From: an uncultured archaeon
GTDB lineage: Archaea > Asgardarchaeota > Lokiarchaeia > Sigyniarchaeales > SOKP01
Direction: 5' to 3'
Assembly (NCBI GenBank): GCA_964447495.1
Contig: CAYUTF010000004.1
Location: 1-64,000, forward strand
Length of the DNA: 64,000 nt
Below the pieces are notes generated by a model. That model was not told where the DNA came from. It worked only from the letters and a program-made list of their open reading frames with translations, and ran no database searches. Shown one piece after another: positions 18,567 to 28,363 of the stretch; positions within the stretch are counted from its first letter, which is position 1, and each line of letters begins with the position of its first letter. A program made the position numbers and the translations under genes.

Positions 18567-19589
18567 GTGAGTAAACTTAATTTAGATAATCAAAAAATTC
18601 AAGAAAAGATGCGAGAGGTTGCTCGAAATCTATTAAAAGAGAAAAAGGTTGACTTAATTATAGGTTATTCGGAAGGAACTGTACCATTATCCTCCGCGCC
18701 GGTTTTTATTAGAAAGGAAGAGGAAGTTGATAAATTAATATGGAATAATTTATGTTATGTAAATTTAGCTAAGTATTTGATTCCTAACATAAAAGAGAAT
18801 GTAGATGGAAAACTTGTGGATTTAAAGGTTGGAATCATCTCAAAAGGATGTGTTGCTCGTTCGATTATTCATTTAATGGTTGAACATCAGATCAAAAAGG
18901 AAAATATAACAATAATAGGAATTAAGTGTAATGGTATTATAAATCGTAGGAAAATTGAAAAAGAAGTTGGGGCTGAAGAAATTATTGAAACGTATCTATT
19001 AGATGATAATTTTATTGTAAAAGGAAAGGATTTTGAAAAAAAGTTTAATTATGATGAATATATGAATGAGTTGTGTAAACACTGTACAATAAAGTCACCT
19101 CCAAAATCAGATTCACTAAAGGATATTATTGTGGGAGAAAGTCAAGAGAGTTATTCATTAGAAGAGAAATTTGAAGATGTCATAGAATTTGAAGAAAAAA
19201 CACCTGACGAGAGATGGAATTATATGAAGGAATTACTACAAGATTGTACAAGATGTTATGCTTGTAGAGAGGCATGTCCTTTATGTTATTGTAATTTGTG
19301 TTTTGTTGACCAAAATTTACCGACTTGGTTTGGAAAAACCTCTGAAATATCTGATATTCTGATATTTCATATGGTACGTGCTCTGCATCTTGCAGGTAGA
19401 TGTGTTGAGTGTGGTGCTTGTAGTAGTGTTTGCCCAATGGGTATTGATCTAAGCATAATTAATAGAAAAATCAATAGAATTGTAAAAGATCGGTATGATT
19501 TTACTTCAGGGCTTTCATTAGAAAAACTTCCTCCAATGATGGCTTTTAAAATGGAGGACAAACAAGAATTCATGTTGGAGGAGGATTGA
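18567..19589 (+). CDS. FlxC/FdhB-like 4Fe-4S protein
   Basis: CTRCYACREACPLCYC and HLAGRCVECGACSSVCPMGI; occupies the flxC position in hdr-flx gene order. Confidence 0.8.
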   Translation: MSKLNLDNQKIQEKMREVARNLLKEKKVDLIIGYSEGTVPLSSAPVFIRKEEEVDKLIWNNLCYVNLAKYLIPNIKENVDGKLVDLKVGIISKGCVARSIIHLMVEHQIKKENITIIGIKCNGIINRRKIEKEVGAEEIIETYLLDDNFIVKGKDFEKKFNYDEYMNELCKHCTIKSPPKSDSLKDIIVGESQESYSLEEKFEDVIEFEEKTPDERWNYMKELLQDCTRCYACREACPLCYCNLCFVDQNLPTWFGKTSEISDILIFHMVRALHLAGRCVECGACSSVCPMGIDLSIINRKINRIVKDRYDFTSGLSLEKLPPMMAFKMEDKQEFMLEED

Positions 19590-19590
19590 G

Positions 19591-20649
19591 TTGATTGAAA
19601 AGTTAGTAGATAAAAAAGATATTCCAAAATTAGTCAAAGAACTTACTGAAAAATATAATTTTTATGCACCTATCAAGGTAAATGGTAATATAGAATTTAA
19701 AAGAGTAGAAAATGTAGGCGATATTGAATTAAATTTTTTTAATTCAAAAATACCACCAAAAGAAATATTATTTCCAAGAATGGAAACACTATTTACCTAT
19801 AACATTAACGGAAAAAATATAGAGATAAAAGAACCAGAAAAAAGTGAGAAAAAAAATATAATCTTTGGGATCCGTCCCTGTGATGCTCATAGTTTTGTTC
19901 TCCTTGAAAACTTTTTTGGCTTTGGAGAATTTAAAGATAAATTATTTCTGAATAAGAGAAAAAATACAATATTAATGGGGATCGGTTGTAATAATCCCCG
20001 AAATACATGTTTCTGTACCTCCCTTGAGGGTCATCCATTTAAAAAAGAGGATATGGACGTGTTTTTAGTGGATTTAGATGATAAATACCTGATCACTCCA
20101 ATTACAGATATAGGAAAAGAAATAATAGATGCTTTATCATGGTTAGTCGATGCCAAAAAACCTGACCTTGAAAAGGCAATGAAATTGTCTGAAAAAGCGG
20201 AATCACTTATATCAACAACATTAGATATAAAGGATTCATATAAGATTTTAGATTCACAGTTTTCAAATCCTATATGGAAGGAAATAAGTGAAACATGTAT
20301 CGGTTGTGGGACTTGTTCATTTCTCTGCCCAACTTGCACTTGTTTCGATGTAATTGATGAAGAAGATAAATATAATAATAAAGGAAGAAGAATACGTATT
20401 TGGGATACTTGTCAATCCTGTCTTTATTCACTCCACACAAGTGGCCATAATCCAAGAAATGGTGGCATCGAGCGATGCAGAAATCGTATACTTCACAAGT
20501 TTAGTTATTATCCAACAAATTATGGCCTTATAGGCTGTGTAGGATGCGGTCGTTGCATTCAATTATGTCCAGTAAATAATGATTTAAGAGCTATAATTAA
20601 AAAGATGAATGAGATCAATAAAAAGGAGGAGAAATCTATCATTGCTTGA
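19591..20649 (+). CDS. FlxB / AsrA / sulfhydrogenase beta-like 4Fe-4S subunit
   Basis: PPKEILFP, GIRPCD, CFCTS, CIGCGTCSFLCPTCTCFD, RILHKF and CVGCGRCIQLCP. Confidence 0.85.
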   Translation: MIEKLVDKKDIPKLVKELTEKYNFYAPIKVNGNIEFKRVENVGDIELNFFNSKIPPKEILFPRMETLFTYNINGKNIEIKEPEKSEKKNIIFGIRPCDAHSFVLLENFFGFGEFKDKLFLNKRKNTILMGIGCNNPRNTCFCTSLEGHPFKKEDMDVFLVDLDDKYLITPITDIGKEIIDALSWLVDAKKPDLEKAMKLSEKAESLISTTLDIKDSYKILDSQFSNPIWKEISETCIGCGTCSFLCPTCTCFDVIDEEDKYNNKGRRIRIWDTCQSCLYSLHTSGHNPRNGGIERCRNRILHKFSYYPTNYGLIGCVGCGRCIQLCPVNNDLRAIIKKMNEINKKEEKSIIA

Positions 20650-21481
20650 TATATATATTCCAATGTTAACCAATATTAAATCAATAACATCTGAAAATAA
20701 AGCAAACGATATAAAAACTTTTGAGTTTGTATTTCAAAAGGAAGAAGACCTGAATAGTTTTAAATATGTCCCTGGTCAATTTTCTGAGTTAAGTATTATT
20801 GGAAAAGGTGAGTGCCCAATAGGAATTGCTTCCTCCCCAACTGAAGAGGGATCAGTTAAGTTCACTATTAAAAAAATGGGAACAGTGACCTCACATTTTC
20901 ATAAAAGAGAAGCAGGGGATGTGGTAGGAATCAGAGGTCCTTTAGGAAACGGATGGCCTGTAGAAGATATGAAAGGAAAAAATATTGTGATCATCGGAGG
21001 AGGTTTTGCCTTTTCTACATTACGTTCTCTTATCGAATATATATTACATGAAGAAAATAGAAAGAACTATGGAAATTTAACAGTTATATATGGAAATCGG
21101 GATTCTGGAGAGGTATTATATAGATCTGATTTAGAAAAATGGGAAAAACGAGACGATATTAAACTAGTACTCACGATTGATCGCGAAGAGAAGGGTTGGA
21201 ACAAGAAGGTTGGATTTGTAGCCCCCATTGTTAAGGAAGTAGCACCCTCTTCTGAAAATGCAATAGCAGTAGTTTGCGGTCCTCCTATCATGATAAAAAC
21301 AACGATTTCAGTACTGGAAGAGTTGAAGTTTGAAGACGAGCAAATCCTTAACTCCCTAGAGATGCGAATGAAGTGCGGAGTAGGCAAATGTGGGAGATGT
21401 AATATTGGAAATAAATATGTTTGTTTAGATGGCCCCGTTTTTTCACTAGCTGAGTTGAAAAAACTGCCAAATGAATATTAA
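20609..21481 (+). CDS. FlxA / AsrB / sulfhydrogenase gamma-like FAD/NAD(P)-binding subunit with [2Fe-2S]
   Basis: PGQF, GIRGPLGNGW, IGGGF, VCGPPIM and LEMRMKCGVGKCGRC...VCLDGPVF. The true start is probably the in-frame TTG at 20642, after AGGAGGAG. Confidence 0.87.
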   Translation: MRSIKRRRNLSLLDIYIPMLTNIKSITSENKANDIKTFEFVFQKEEDLNSFKYVPGQFSELSIIGKGECPIGIASSPTEEGSVKFTIKKMGTVTSHFHKREAGDVVGIRGPLGNGWPVEDMKGKNIVIIGGGFAFSTLRSLIEYILHEENRKNYGNLTVIYGNRDSGEVLYRSDLEKWEKRDDIKLVLTIDREEKGWNKKVGFVAPIVKEVAPSSENAIAVVCGPPIMIKTTISVLEELKFEDEQILNSLEMRMKCGVGKCGRCNIGNKYVCLDGPVFSLAELKKLPNEY

Positions 21482-21508
21482 AAAAAAATTAAAAGGTAGA
21501 AAAATAAA

Positions 21509-22591
21509 ATGGTTAAAACTTTTGAAGATTTAATAAAAGATGTACATGAAAAAGGTTTATGTGGAGAGTGTGGAGGTTGTGTTACTTTTTGTTCAGCTGG
21601 AGATATCGGTGCAATCATGATGTCTGAATCAGGACCTCCAAAATATGTAAATAAAGATAATTGTAAGGAATGTGGATTCTGTTATTATGTATGCCCTCAA
21701 ACTCATGTTCTTAATGATCTTTTAAATGATAAATTTGGATATGTACCCCCAATAGGAAAATGGATCAATATTACTTCAAGTAAAACTACTTCTGAGGAAA
21801 TAGCAAATAAAGCAACTGATGGAGGAGTAGTTACCTCCATATTGAATTATCTCTTAGATCATGATTTAATTGATGGTGCCATCGTATGTAAAAAAGAAGG
21901 TCCTTTTAATAGGGTACCATTTTTAGCCACGTCAAAAGAAGATTTAATACAAGCGGCAGGATCATACTATGATCTTTCAAAACAAGTTATTGGATTAGAA
22001 AAGTATAATACTTTTATACCAACCAATACTAAATTAAAAGATTTACTTAATTCAGATTTGTTAAACATAGCAATAGTAGGCACTCCTTGCCAAATACATT
22101 CCATTAGAAAGATGCAACAATTGAGTATACTTCCAGCTCATATTGTCAAATATACCTTGGGCCTTTTCTGTAATTTAAATTTCTCTTTTAATGATGATGA
22201 TCGGAAAAAAATGGAACAGATTTTTCATTTTAAATTTAATGAAGTTGAAAAAATGAATATTCGTGAAGATATTATTCTTAATCTTAAAGGAAATAAAATC
22301 AAACATATCTCCTTTTCAGATATTAATGAATTCGCACGTCCAGCATGCAGAGCGTGCCCTGATTTTTCTAATATATATGCTGATTTATCATTCGGCGGAT
22401 TAGGATCCCAAGAAAAATATACAACTACAATAATAAGAACTAAAACTGGCGCAGAGATATATAACAATGCTCTTAAAGAGGGTTATATTAAAGAAGTCAA
22501 TCGATTTAGTCCATCGAATATAGATTCAAATATTTTAGGAAAAATCATTGATTTCAGTGAACGAAAAATAGAAAGAGCTGAGAATTTTTAA
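21509..22591 (+). CDS. Second FrhB/FpoF-like F420-interacting subunit with N-terminal ferredoxin
   Basis: CGECGGCVTFC, CKECGFCYYVCP, ATDGGVVT, VGTPCQ, GLFC, CRACPDF and DLSFGG. Confidence 0.85.
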   Translation: MVKTFEDLIKDVHEKGLCGECGGCVTFCSAGDIGAIMMSESGPPKYVNKDNCKECGFCYYVCPQTHVLNDLLNDKFGYVPPIGKWINITSSKTTSEEIANKATDGGVVTSILNYLLDHDLIDGAIVCKKEGPFNRVPFLATSKEDLIQAAGSYYDLSKQVIGLEKYNTFIPTNTKLKDLLNSDLLNIAIVGTPCQIHSIRKMQQLSILPAHIVKYTLGLFCNLNFSFNDDDRKKMEQIFHFKFNEVEKMNIREDIILNLKGNKIKHISFSDINEFARPACRACPDFSNIYADLSFGGLGSQEKYTTTIIRTKTGAEIYNNALKEGYIKEVNRFSPSNIDSNILGKIIDFSERKIERAENF

Positions 22592-22620
22592 CACTCTACT
22601 TTTTTACTAATTTTTAAAAT

Positions 22621-23586
22621 TCATAGATTAAAGATATTTCCGGTATTATATATTGTTCCGTCCAATTCTAATTCAATTTGTCCTCCCGATGCGATCTTAA
22701 TTGCAGAACTAATCCCTTCTAATACATTATTCATCATAAAATCATATGCTTTGAAGCAATCTTTTAGTTGTTCACTTTGATTTTCCAAAAGGCATTTAGA
22801 AATTGCAGGAATAAGTTCTGGAATGAAATCTTGGCTAATCATAATCTCCTCTGAATCGACCAGGGTTTCTCTTGAAATAGAAAAAGGATTTTGGACATCA
22901 ATCTTTGCCAGCATCACTTTACATACAAATAGTGAGGCTTTAATCTCCCTCATTATGAATTTTATTCGGTTTTTATCATCTAAGTATTTTTTAAAGGTCA
23001 AAGCTTGTATTATGTCATCATTAGTGATGGTATCTTTTGTATCCAATAATTTACTTACTCGCTCCGAGACTCTCTTCGTTGAAAGCATTAGTTTTAAATT
23101 CATGGTATTTTTTTCTGTATAATCCTTGTGAAAAGCTGAAAGGAAGGACCTATACCCTTCATCTTGGGACTTATCCAATTGAAATCTCTTTTCCTTAAAT
23201 TTATCCATAAAATCTTTTATAATGAGAAATTTCAATTTTAATCGATGTAGGGCAAGATAGAGGCACATTCTTGTTTTCGTATATGCTACAACGTTTCCCA
23301 TCCTGAATCTGTCGTGATGATCTCTTTCGTACATCACTATAGGCTTTAATCTGTTTACCACTACATCAATGAAATATTCGATTATTCTTTCTAATGGTTC
23401 AACATCTACTACTTTAAAAACTTCTATAAGTGATTGACTAGTAGGTTGAGATTTTGGGATTTCTTTAATCATATCATAATTATATCGTTCTAATAAGAGA
23501 GAAGTTAAAGCTTCCATTTCTAGAACGGTCCTACAGGGAACAAAAACTTTATTAATATCATTTAGAATAACACTACTTTCTGGCAT
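22621..23586 (-). CDS. Hypothetical protein (321 aa, mostly helical)
   Basis: Long ORF converging on the hdr operon; no recognised motif. Confidence 0.75.
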   Translation of the reverse strand: MPESSVILNDINKVFVPCRTVLEMEALTSLLLERYNYDMIKEIPKSQPTSQSLIEVFKVVDVEPLERIIEYFIDVVVNRLKPIVMYERDHHDRFRMGNVVAYTKTRMCLYLALHRLKLKFLIIKDFMDKFKEKRFQLDKSQDEGYRSFLSAFHKDYTEKNTMNLKLMLSTKRVSERVSKLLDTKDTITNDDIIQALTFKKYLDDKNRIKFIMREIKASLFVCKVMLAKIDVQNPFSISRETLVDSEEIMISQDFIPELIPAISKCLLENQSEQLKDCFKAYDFMMNNVLEGISSAIKIASGGQIELELDGTIYNTGNIFNL

Positions 23587-23881
23587 AATGAATCAGACTA
23601 TAAAATCATTAATCTTTGAATTTCACGATTCATTGAATTGAATCTTAAATTAATTTAATATCAATGGTTATTATCAAACACTATGTAATAAAATTTTACT
23701 TTCATTTAGAGTATTCTTTAGAGAATAATGAGCTTGCTTAGTTAGTTTTATGATATCTTTTAATAATTAAATAATTATTAAATTTATTTAAAAGGAATTA
23801 AGTTTATTAGTAAACTGAATACGCCTATTATTTTATAAAGTTTATCAAATTAACTTCACAATAAAAATCTCAGGTTGGCAT

Positions 23882-26800
23882 ATGCCAGAAAGTAATTTTT
23901 CTAAAACCCTACTGCAGAGCTATATCATTACCAATTGTAAAAGACGTTTATTTTTAGAGTTGGGGAGAAATCAACCGCAACTTTGGTTTGATCCTGTAAG
24001 AGATGTTCCCTCTAAACCCCCAGAGCGGTTGTTATTTCAGAAAAAATATTTAGTAGATAATGGGAAAAAATTTGAAAAGGAAGTATATTCATATCTCAAA
24101 AATTTAAAAAATACTAAATATAAAATCAGTGATAATGGCAATATCACAAATTCTGCTTTAAATAAGGAATTTTTAATCCAGTGTCATGATTTTTTGAAAA
24201 ATAATCAAGATCAGATATTGATGTTGCTAGAATTTCAATATAATATTCCACAATCATTTTTTTTTGATATTTTTCCTTCTAGATCTGGAATTAAATCTAT
24301 TCCAGTTGATTATGCTGATCTCAGACCAGATATTATCTTATTAGGTAATGATATTAATAGATATGTCGAAGAAGTGTTTGAAATAACTCATGAAGGTTTA
24401 ATTCACAAAGTGAGCCAATCTGATTTAAACATAAGGATAGGAATTTCGATTTTTGATATAAAATTTATTCAAGATGAACATGTTAGCAAAAAGCACTTTT
24501 TAGAAGTATTTTATTATTTGAAGGCTCTTGCTATACAACTTAGAGAATTGAATCTTCACGAACAATTTTATATAAGAGCCAATTTAAATGGTATTTTTCC
24601 TCTACCTGGAGATAAGAAATTAGGTGATATTCATATAATTCAAGATCTTTTTGAAAAATCATTTGTAAATATTATTAAGTGGCGGGAAGCAGATCGTATA
24701 TTTTCACGAGTGATGGATACAATAAGGACATTATGGTTAAATTCGCCTTGTCCTATTGAACAAATCGATATCAATATTCACCAAGGGTGTGGATATTGTC
24801 AATATATAGAAGACTGTAAAATAACTTTAGGAATGGGAGAGGATAATGATCCAAAAGAATGGTCCTCTCGATTACTACCATTTACTTCTCAATCTATTGC
24901 CCAACAGTTGATAGAGGAATATAATTGTAATACTATTGGAGATGTATTAAATAAAATAGATGATATTAAAATCGGTACCATTCCAAAACCATTATACTCT
25001 GAATTACCCACTCTTAAAATGAAAGCGGAGGCTATTGTAAATAATAGAACTGTCTTTCCGTCAGCAGGACAAACACATTCTTATGCCATACCTCGCTACT
25101 CTCCGATTGCGATTAATTTTGATGTAGAATATGATAGGAATAATGACAAGATTTTTGCTATAGGTATTTATTTAAAGATTTTTATCCATTCTAAACTGAG
25201 TTATCATGCAATTTTTGATAATTGGTGGAGAGTTTGGAAAAATTCTTTAACCAAAAAAAGTTCTCCAGCTGAGATTCAAAAGGAATTAAATCAATACCTT
25301 ATTCGAGAGATTCCTTTAGAAATAGTTGAGCGTTTTTTAAAAAATCTTTCCATATTAAAATCAATTCAGATATATTTAAGAGGAGAAAAGTCAAAAGAAG
25401 GGACAATTATACACTATAACTTTGCCAGAATAAATAAAGACAATATAAAAGACAGTGAAGCAAAATTAATTGTAAATGCCATACATCGGTTTAATATAAT
25501 TTTGGAAATTTGTAATATTCTTGAAGATTTTATTGTTATTGATGACCAATATGGAAGATATTTTGGTCCTGACACTAGTATATTCTATTGGTCACGAAAC
25601 CAATTAGATCATTTTCAAGATATGATGGAACGTCACTTAGATTACATTTTAAGCAAACAAGAAGCACGTGAAGCCTATCAATCAATATTAATGTATTTTA
25701 CTCCTTCAGATAGTGAGGTAAGTCACCCTTACCAGCATAAAAAATTATTTGATGTCCAAGCATTTGTAGATTCGTTTATAGGATTTCCAGATATAATTAA
25801 TTATACATGGCATGGTATAGCTGAAAGGTTGTTTAATTATCATAGTCATCCAAAATATTGGATTCCGCATTTCAATTTTTTAGATCTAACTAATTGGTTA
25901 AAATATCTTTCTAAGACAGATAAGTTGGATAAATTGAAAATAGAGAATGAGATTAAACATCAAATAGTTATGAAACTTAACTTCATCAATAGAATTAGAG
26001 AGCATTTCCAAAGAGAAGGACGTTATAATTTATCTAAAAATGCAAGGGTAATTAGTAAATCTCAATATGGAAGTGCGATATTACCTTATTTCTATCACGA
26101 TATTGCTCATGTATGGTATCTCTTTTCAAAATTGAATAACGCCTTACAACAACAGGATGATGAATATTATCGAACGATCTTTCCTCAATTTAGTATAGGT
26201 AAGTTATTTTCAGCACGAGTAAATAAACTTGAATTACATGATTCATCAGGTAAGACGAAATATTATACTTTTGAAACAAGAGATTTATCCAGTAATATGA
26301 AAATAAGTGAAGGTGACGTTGTATTATTAATTCCAAACTTCAAACGTGGGATGAAACTAGACAAACAAATTTTTAAGTGGCAAATATATATTGAAAAAAT
26401 AACATGGGATAATTCTATCAATGGAAATCGCATAACTACCAAACCTACTTATAGTAATATATTTGAACAATGCGAAGCAGAAGATATAGATCCTAAAACT
26501 CAGCAATGGTACCTTTATCCTATAAGTTCTGACAATTGGTCGAATAAACTTCACAAACCTAATAACACAGGCTTATTAGAACGTGAAGGATTTGGACGTT
26601 CCTGGTTAGGATTTCGACTCGCTTATTTATGGGGCATACGTACTGATCCTACTTTACTTTGGCCTCCAAAATGGGATTATTCTACTCCAGTAATTTATTT
26701 TTTTGCTCCGGAATTATTGATGCATTTTTCGAATTCATTTCAAAATGAACTTTCAACTCCTATATATCCTATCCCCGATCCTTCTCAAAAAGAAGCAATT

Positions 26801-28354
26801 ATAAATTCCTTAAATCATGTTATTTCTGGAATTCTTGGTCCTCCTGGCACTGGAAAATCACAAACTATAGCTGCTTTAATTGATGAGTTTATAATCCGCA
26901 AGAAAAAAGAAAAAAAACCGTTCAAAATATTAGTTACATCATTTTCTTATGCAGCACTTCGCGTTGTTATTGAAAAAATAAGAACAGGGAGAACTATAAA
27001 TAATACAACTACAGAATCCTCAAAAATACAGATGGTATTTTTGCGATCGGAAACACAAGACCCTATTGAATCAAAAAGAGGGAGTAGATATATTGATGAT
27101 TTACTCAGAACGGGAACATCATGGAAGTTGAATGGAGAAAGTCGTATTGTAACTCCTAAAAATTCTTTAGAACAATCATTAGAAGAATCATTTATCCTTT
27201 TTACAAATGCACATCATTTGTATTATTTACATGAGCGAGTAGAAGATGATTTTGCTTTTGATTTAATCTGTGTAGATGAGGCAAGTCAATTACCCACTGA
27301 TTATTTCATGTCAAGTTTATTATATATCCATAAATTTAATTTGAATCTGAAAAAGCCAGAAAATCTTGACATTACTTTTAATCATGATGTTAAGAATAAA
27401 GAGGATGTTATTAATCTTCAAATCGATAAAAGTTCGATTTCGTTTGGAATTGAAGACCTCACAAAAATTGTAATTGTAGGAGATCATAATCAGTTACCCC
27501 CAGTGAGGGTGAAAAATCCACCAAAAAATTTGGAACTTATTCTTGATAGTCTTTTTAGTTATTATATTAAAGGACATAAAATATCAAAAAAACAACTTAA
27601 GATTAATTATCGCTCACACCAAGATATTGTATCTTTTACTTCACTATTGGGGCTTTACAAGAATATTAAACCCTACAAATCTAATGCGTCAAGAGTCTTG
27701 GAAGGAAATCTAAATAATATGAAACTTTCATGGGTTAAAGAAGTATTGTCACCCGAAAGAGTTGTTTGTTCCCTAATTCATAATCGTAAGTTTGAAATCG
27801 GGATTAGTGAATTTGAAGCAGATTTAGTATGTGAATTAGTATCGGGATTCTTTGATATGATAAAACCTCAAAGTATTAAAGAGGAAAAAAAATTTTGGGC
27901 GGAACGCATAGGAGTCGTAGCGCCCCATAATGCCCAAGGGCGGGCAATCATTAGGAAAATATTTACAAAATTTCAGGAAAGAACGTATTTAACTGATGCC
28001 CGATTAATGGAATATCTTAAAAGTACTATCTATTCAGTAGAAAAATTTCAGGGTTCTGATCGAGATTTAATAATTACCTCAATTGGATTATCAGATGAAG
28101 ATAAAATAAGTACTGAAGAGGATTTTATTTTTAATTTGAATCGATTCAATGTCTTGACATCTAGAGCTAAAAATAAAATTATTTTTATTTCCAGTGATAA
28201 ATTTTTGCAATATATTCCTGAAGATAGAAAAGCACTGGAAAATGCGTCTAAAGTGTATCTATATGCAGAAGATTTTTGCAATCAACAAATTCTTCTCACC
28301 GTAAAGAATGAAAAGAATGAAAATGAACAAATCATATTTAAGTATAAAAATTAA
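23882..28354 (+). CDS. Nuclease-helicase: RecB/PD-(D/E)XK nuclease with Fe-S staple + RNase H-like domain + SF1 (UPF1/Dna2-like) helicase
   Basis: Nuclease: N-terminal Cys (NCKRR) plus GCGYCQYIEDC, and LRPDII...FDIK...EVFYY. Middle domain: INFDVEYD. Helicase motifs: SQKEAI, GPPGTGKS, VDEASQ, VGDHNQLPPV, NYRSH, SVEKFQGSDRD, NRFNVLTSRAK. Confidence 0.85.
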   Translation: MPESNFSKTLLQSYIITNCKRRLFLELGRNQPQLWFDPVRDVPSKPPERLLFQKKYLVDNGKKFEKEVYSYLKNLKNTKYKISDNGNITNSALNKEFLIQCHDFLKNNQDQILMLLEFQYNIPQSFFFDIFPSRSGIKSIPVDYADLRPDIILLGNDINRYVEEVFEITHEGLIHKVSQSDLNIRIGISIFDIKFIQDEHVSKKHFLEVFYYLKALAIQLRELNLHEQFYIRANLNGIFPLPGDKKLGDIHIIQDLFEKSFVNIIKWREADRIFSRVMDTIRTLWLNSPCPIEQIDINIHQGCGYCQYIEDCKITLGMGEDNDPKEWSSRLLPFTSQSIAQQLIEEYNCNTIGDVLNKIDDIKIGTIPKPLYSELPTLKMKAEAIVNNRTVFPSAGQTHSYAIPRYSPIAINFDVEYDRNNDKIFAIGIYLKIFIHSKLSYHAIFDNWWRVWKNSLTKKSSPAEIQKELNQYLIREIPLEIVERFLKNLSILKSIQIYLRGEKSKEGTIIHYNFARINKDNIKDSEAKLIVNAIHRFNIILEICNILEDFIVIDDQYGRYFGPDTSIFYWSRNQLDHFQDMMERHLDYILSKQEAREAYQSILMYFTPSDSEVSHPYQHKKLFDVQAFVDSFIGFPDIINYTWHGIAERLFNYHSHPKYWIPHFNFLDLTNWLKYLSKTDKLDKLKIENEIKHQIVMKLNFINRIREHFQREGRYNLSKNARVISKSQYGSAILPYFYHDIAHVWYLFSKLNNALQQQDDEYYRTIFPQFSIGKLFSARVNKLELHDSSGKTKYYTFETRDLSSNMKISEGDVVLLIPNFKRGMKLDKQIFKWQIYIEKITWDNSINGNRITTKPTYSNIFEQCEAEDIDPKTQQWYLYPISSDNWSNKLHKPNNTGLLEREGFGRSWLGFRLAYLWGIRTDPTLLWPPKWDYSTPVIYFFAPELLMHFSNSFQNELSTPIYPIPDPSQKEAIINSLNHVISGILGPPGTGKSQTIAALIDEFIIRKKKEKKPFKILVTSFSYAALRVVIEKIRTGRTINNTTTESSKIQMVFLRSETQDPIESKRGSRYIDDLLRTGTSWKLNGESRIVTPKNSLEQSLEESFILFTNAHHLYYLHERVEDDFAFDLICVDEASQLPTDYFMSSLLYIHKFNLNLKKPENLDITFNHDVKNKEDVINLQIDKSSISFGIEDLTKIVIVGDHNQLPPVRVKNPPKNLELILDSLFSYYIKGHKISKKQLKINYRSHQDIVSFTSLLGLYKNIKPYKSNASRVLEGNLNNMKLSWVKEVLSPERVVCSLIHNRKFEIGISEFEADLVCELVSGFFDMIKPQSIKEEKKFWAERIGVVAPHNAQGRAIIRKIFTKFQERTYLTDARLMEYLKSTIYSVEKFQGSDRDLIITSIGLSDEDKISTEEDFIFNLNRFNVLTSRAKNKIIFISSDKFLQYIPEDRKALENASKVYLYAEDFCNQQILLTVKNEKNENEQIIFKYKN

Positions 28355-28363
28355 GGTATCATC

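Noticed and set aside
4955-22591. Selenocysteine (UGA) recoding or SECIS elements in hdrA/mvhD, known from some Lokiarchaeia
   Set aside because: All HdrA and MvhD ORFs here are full length with Cys at the motif positions (e.g. CNWCSY, GDCHY). No in-frame TGA needs readthrough.
23882-24900. Cas4 / CRISPR adaptation gene
   Set aside because: The Cas4-like Fe-S nuclease is fused to a helicase, and there are no cas1/cas2 genes or repeat-spacer array in the window.
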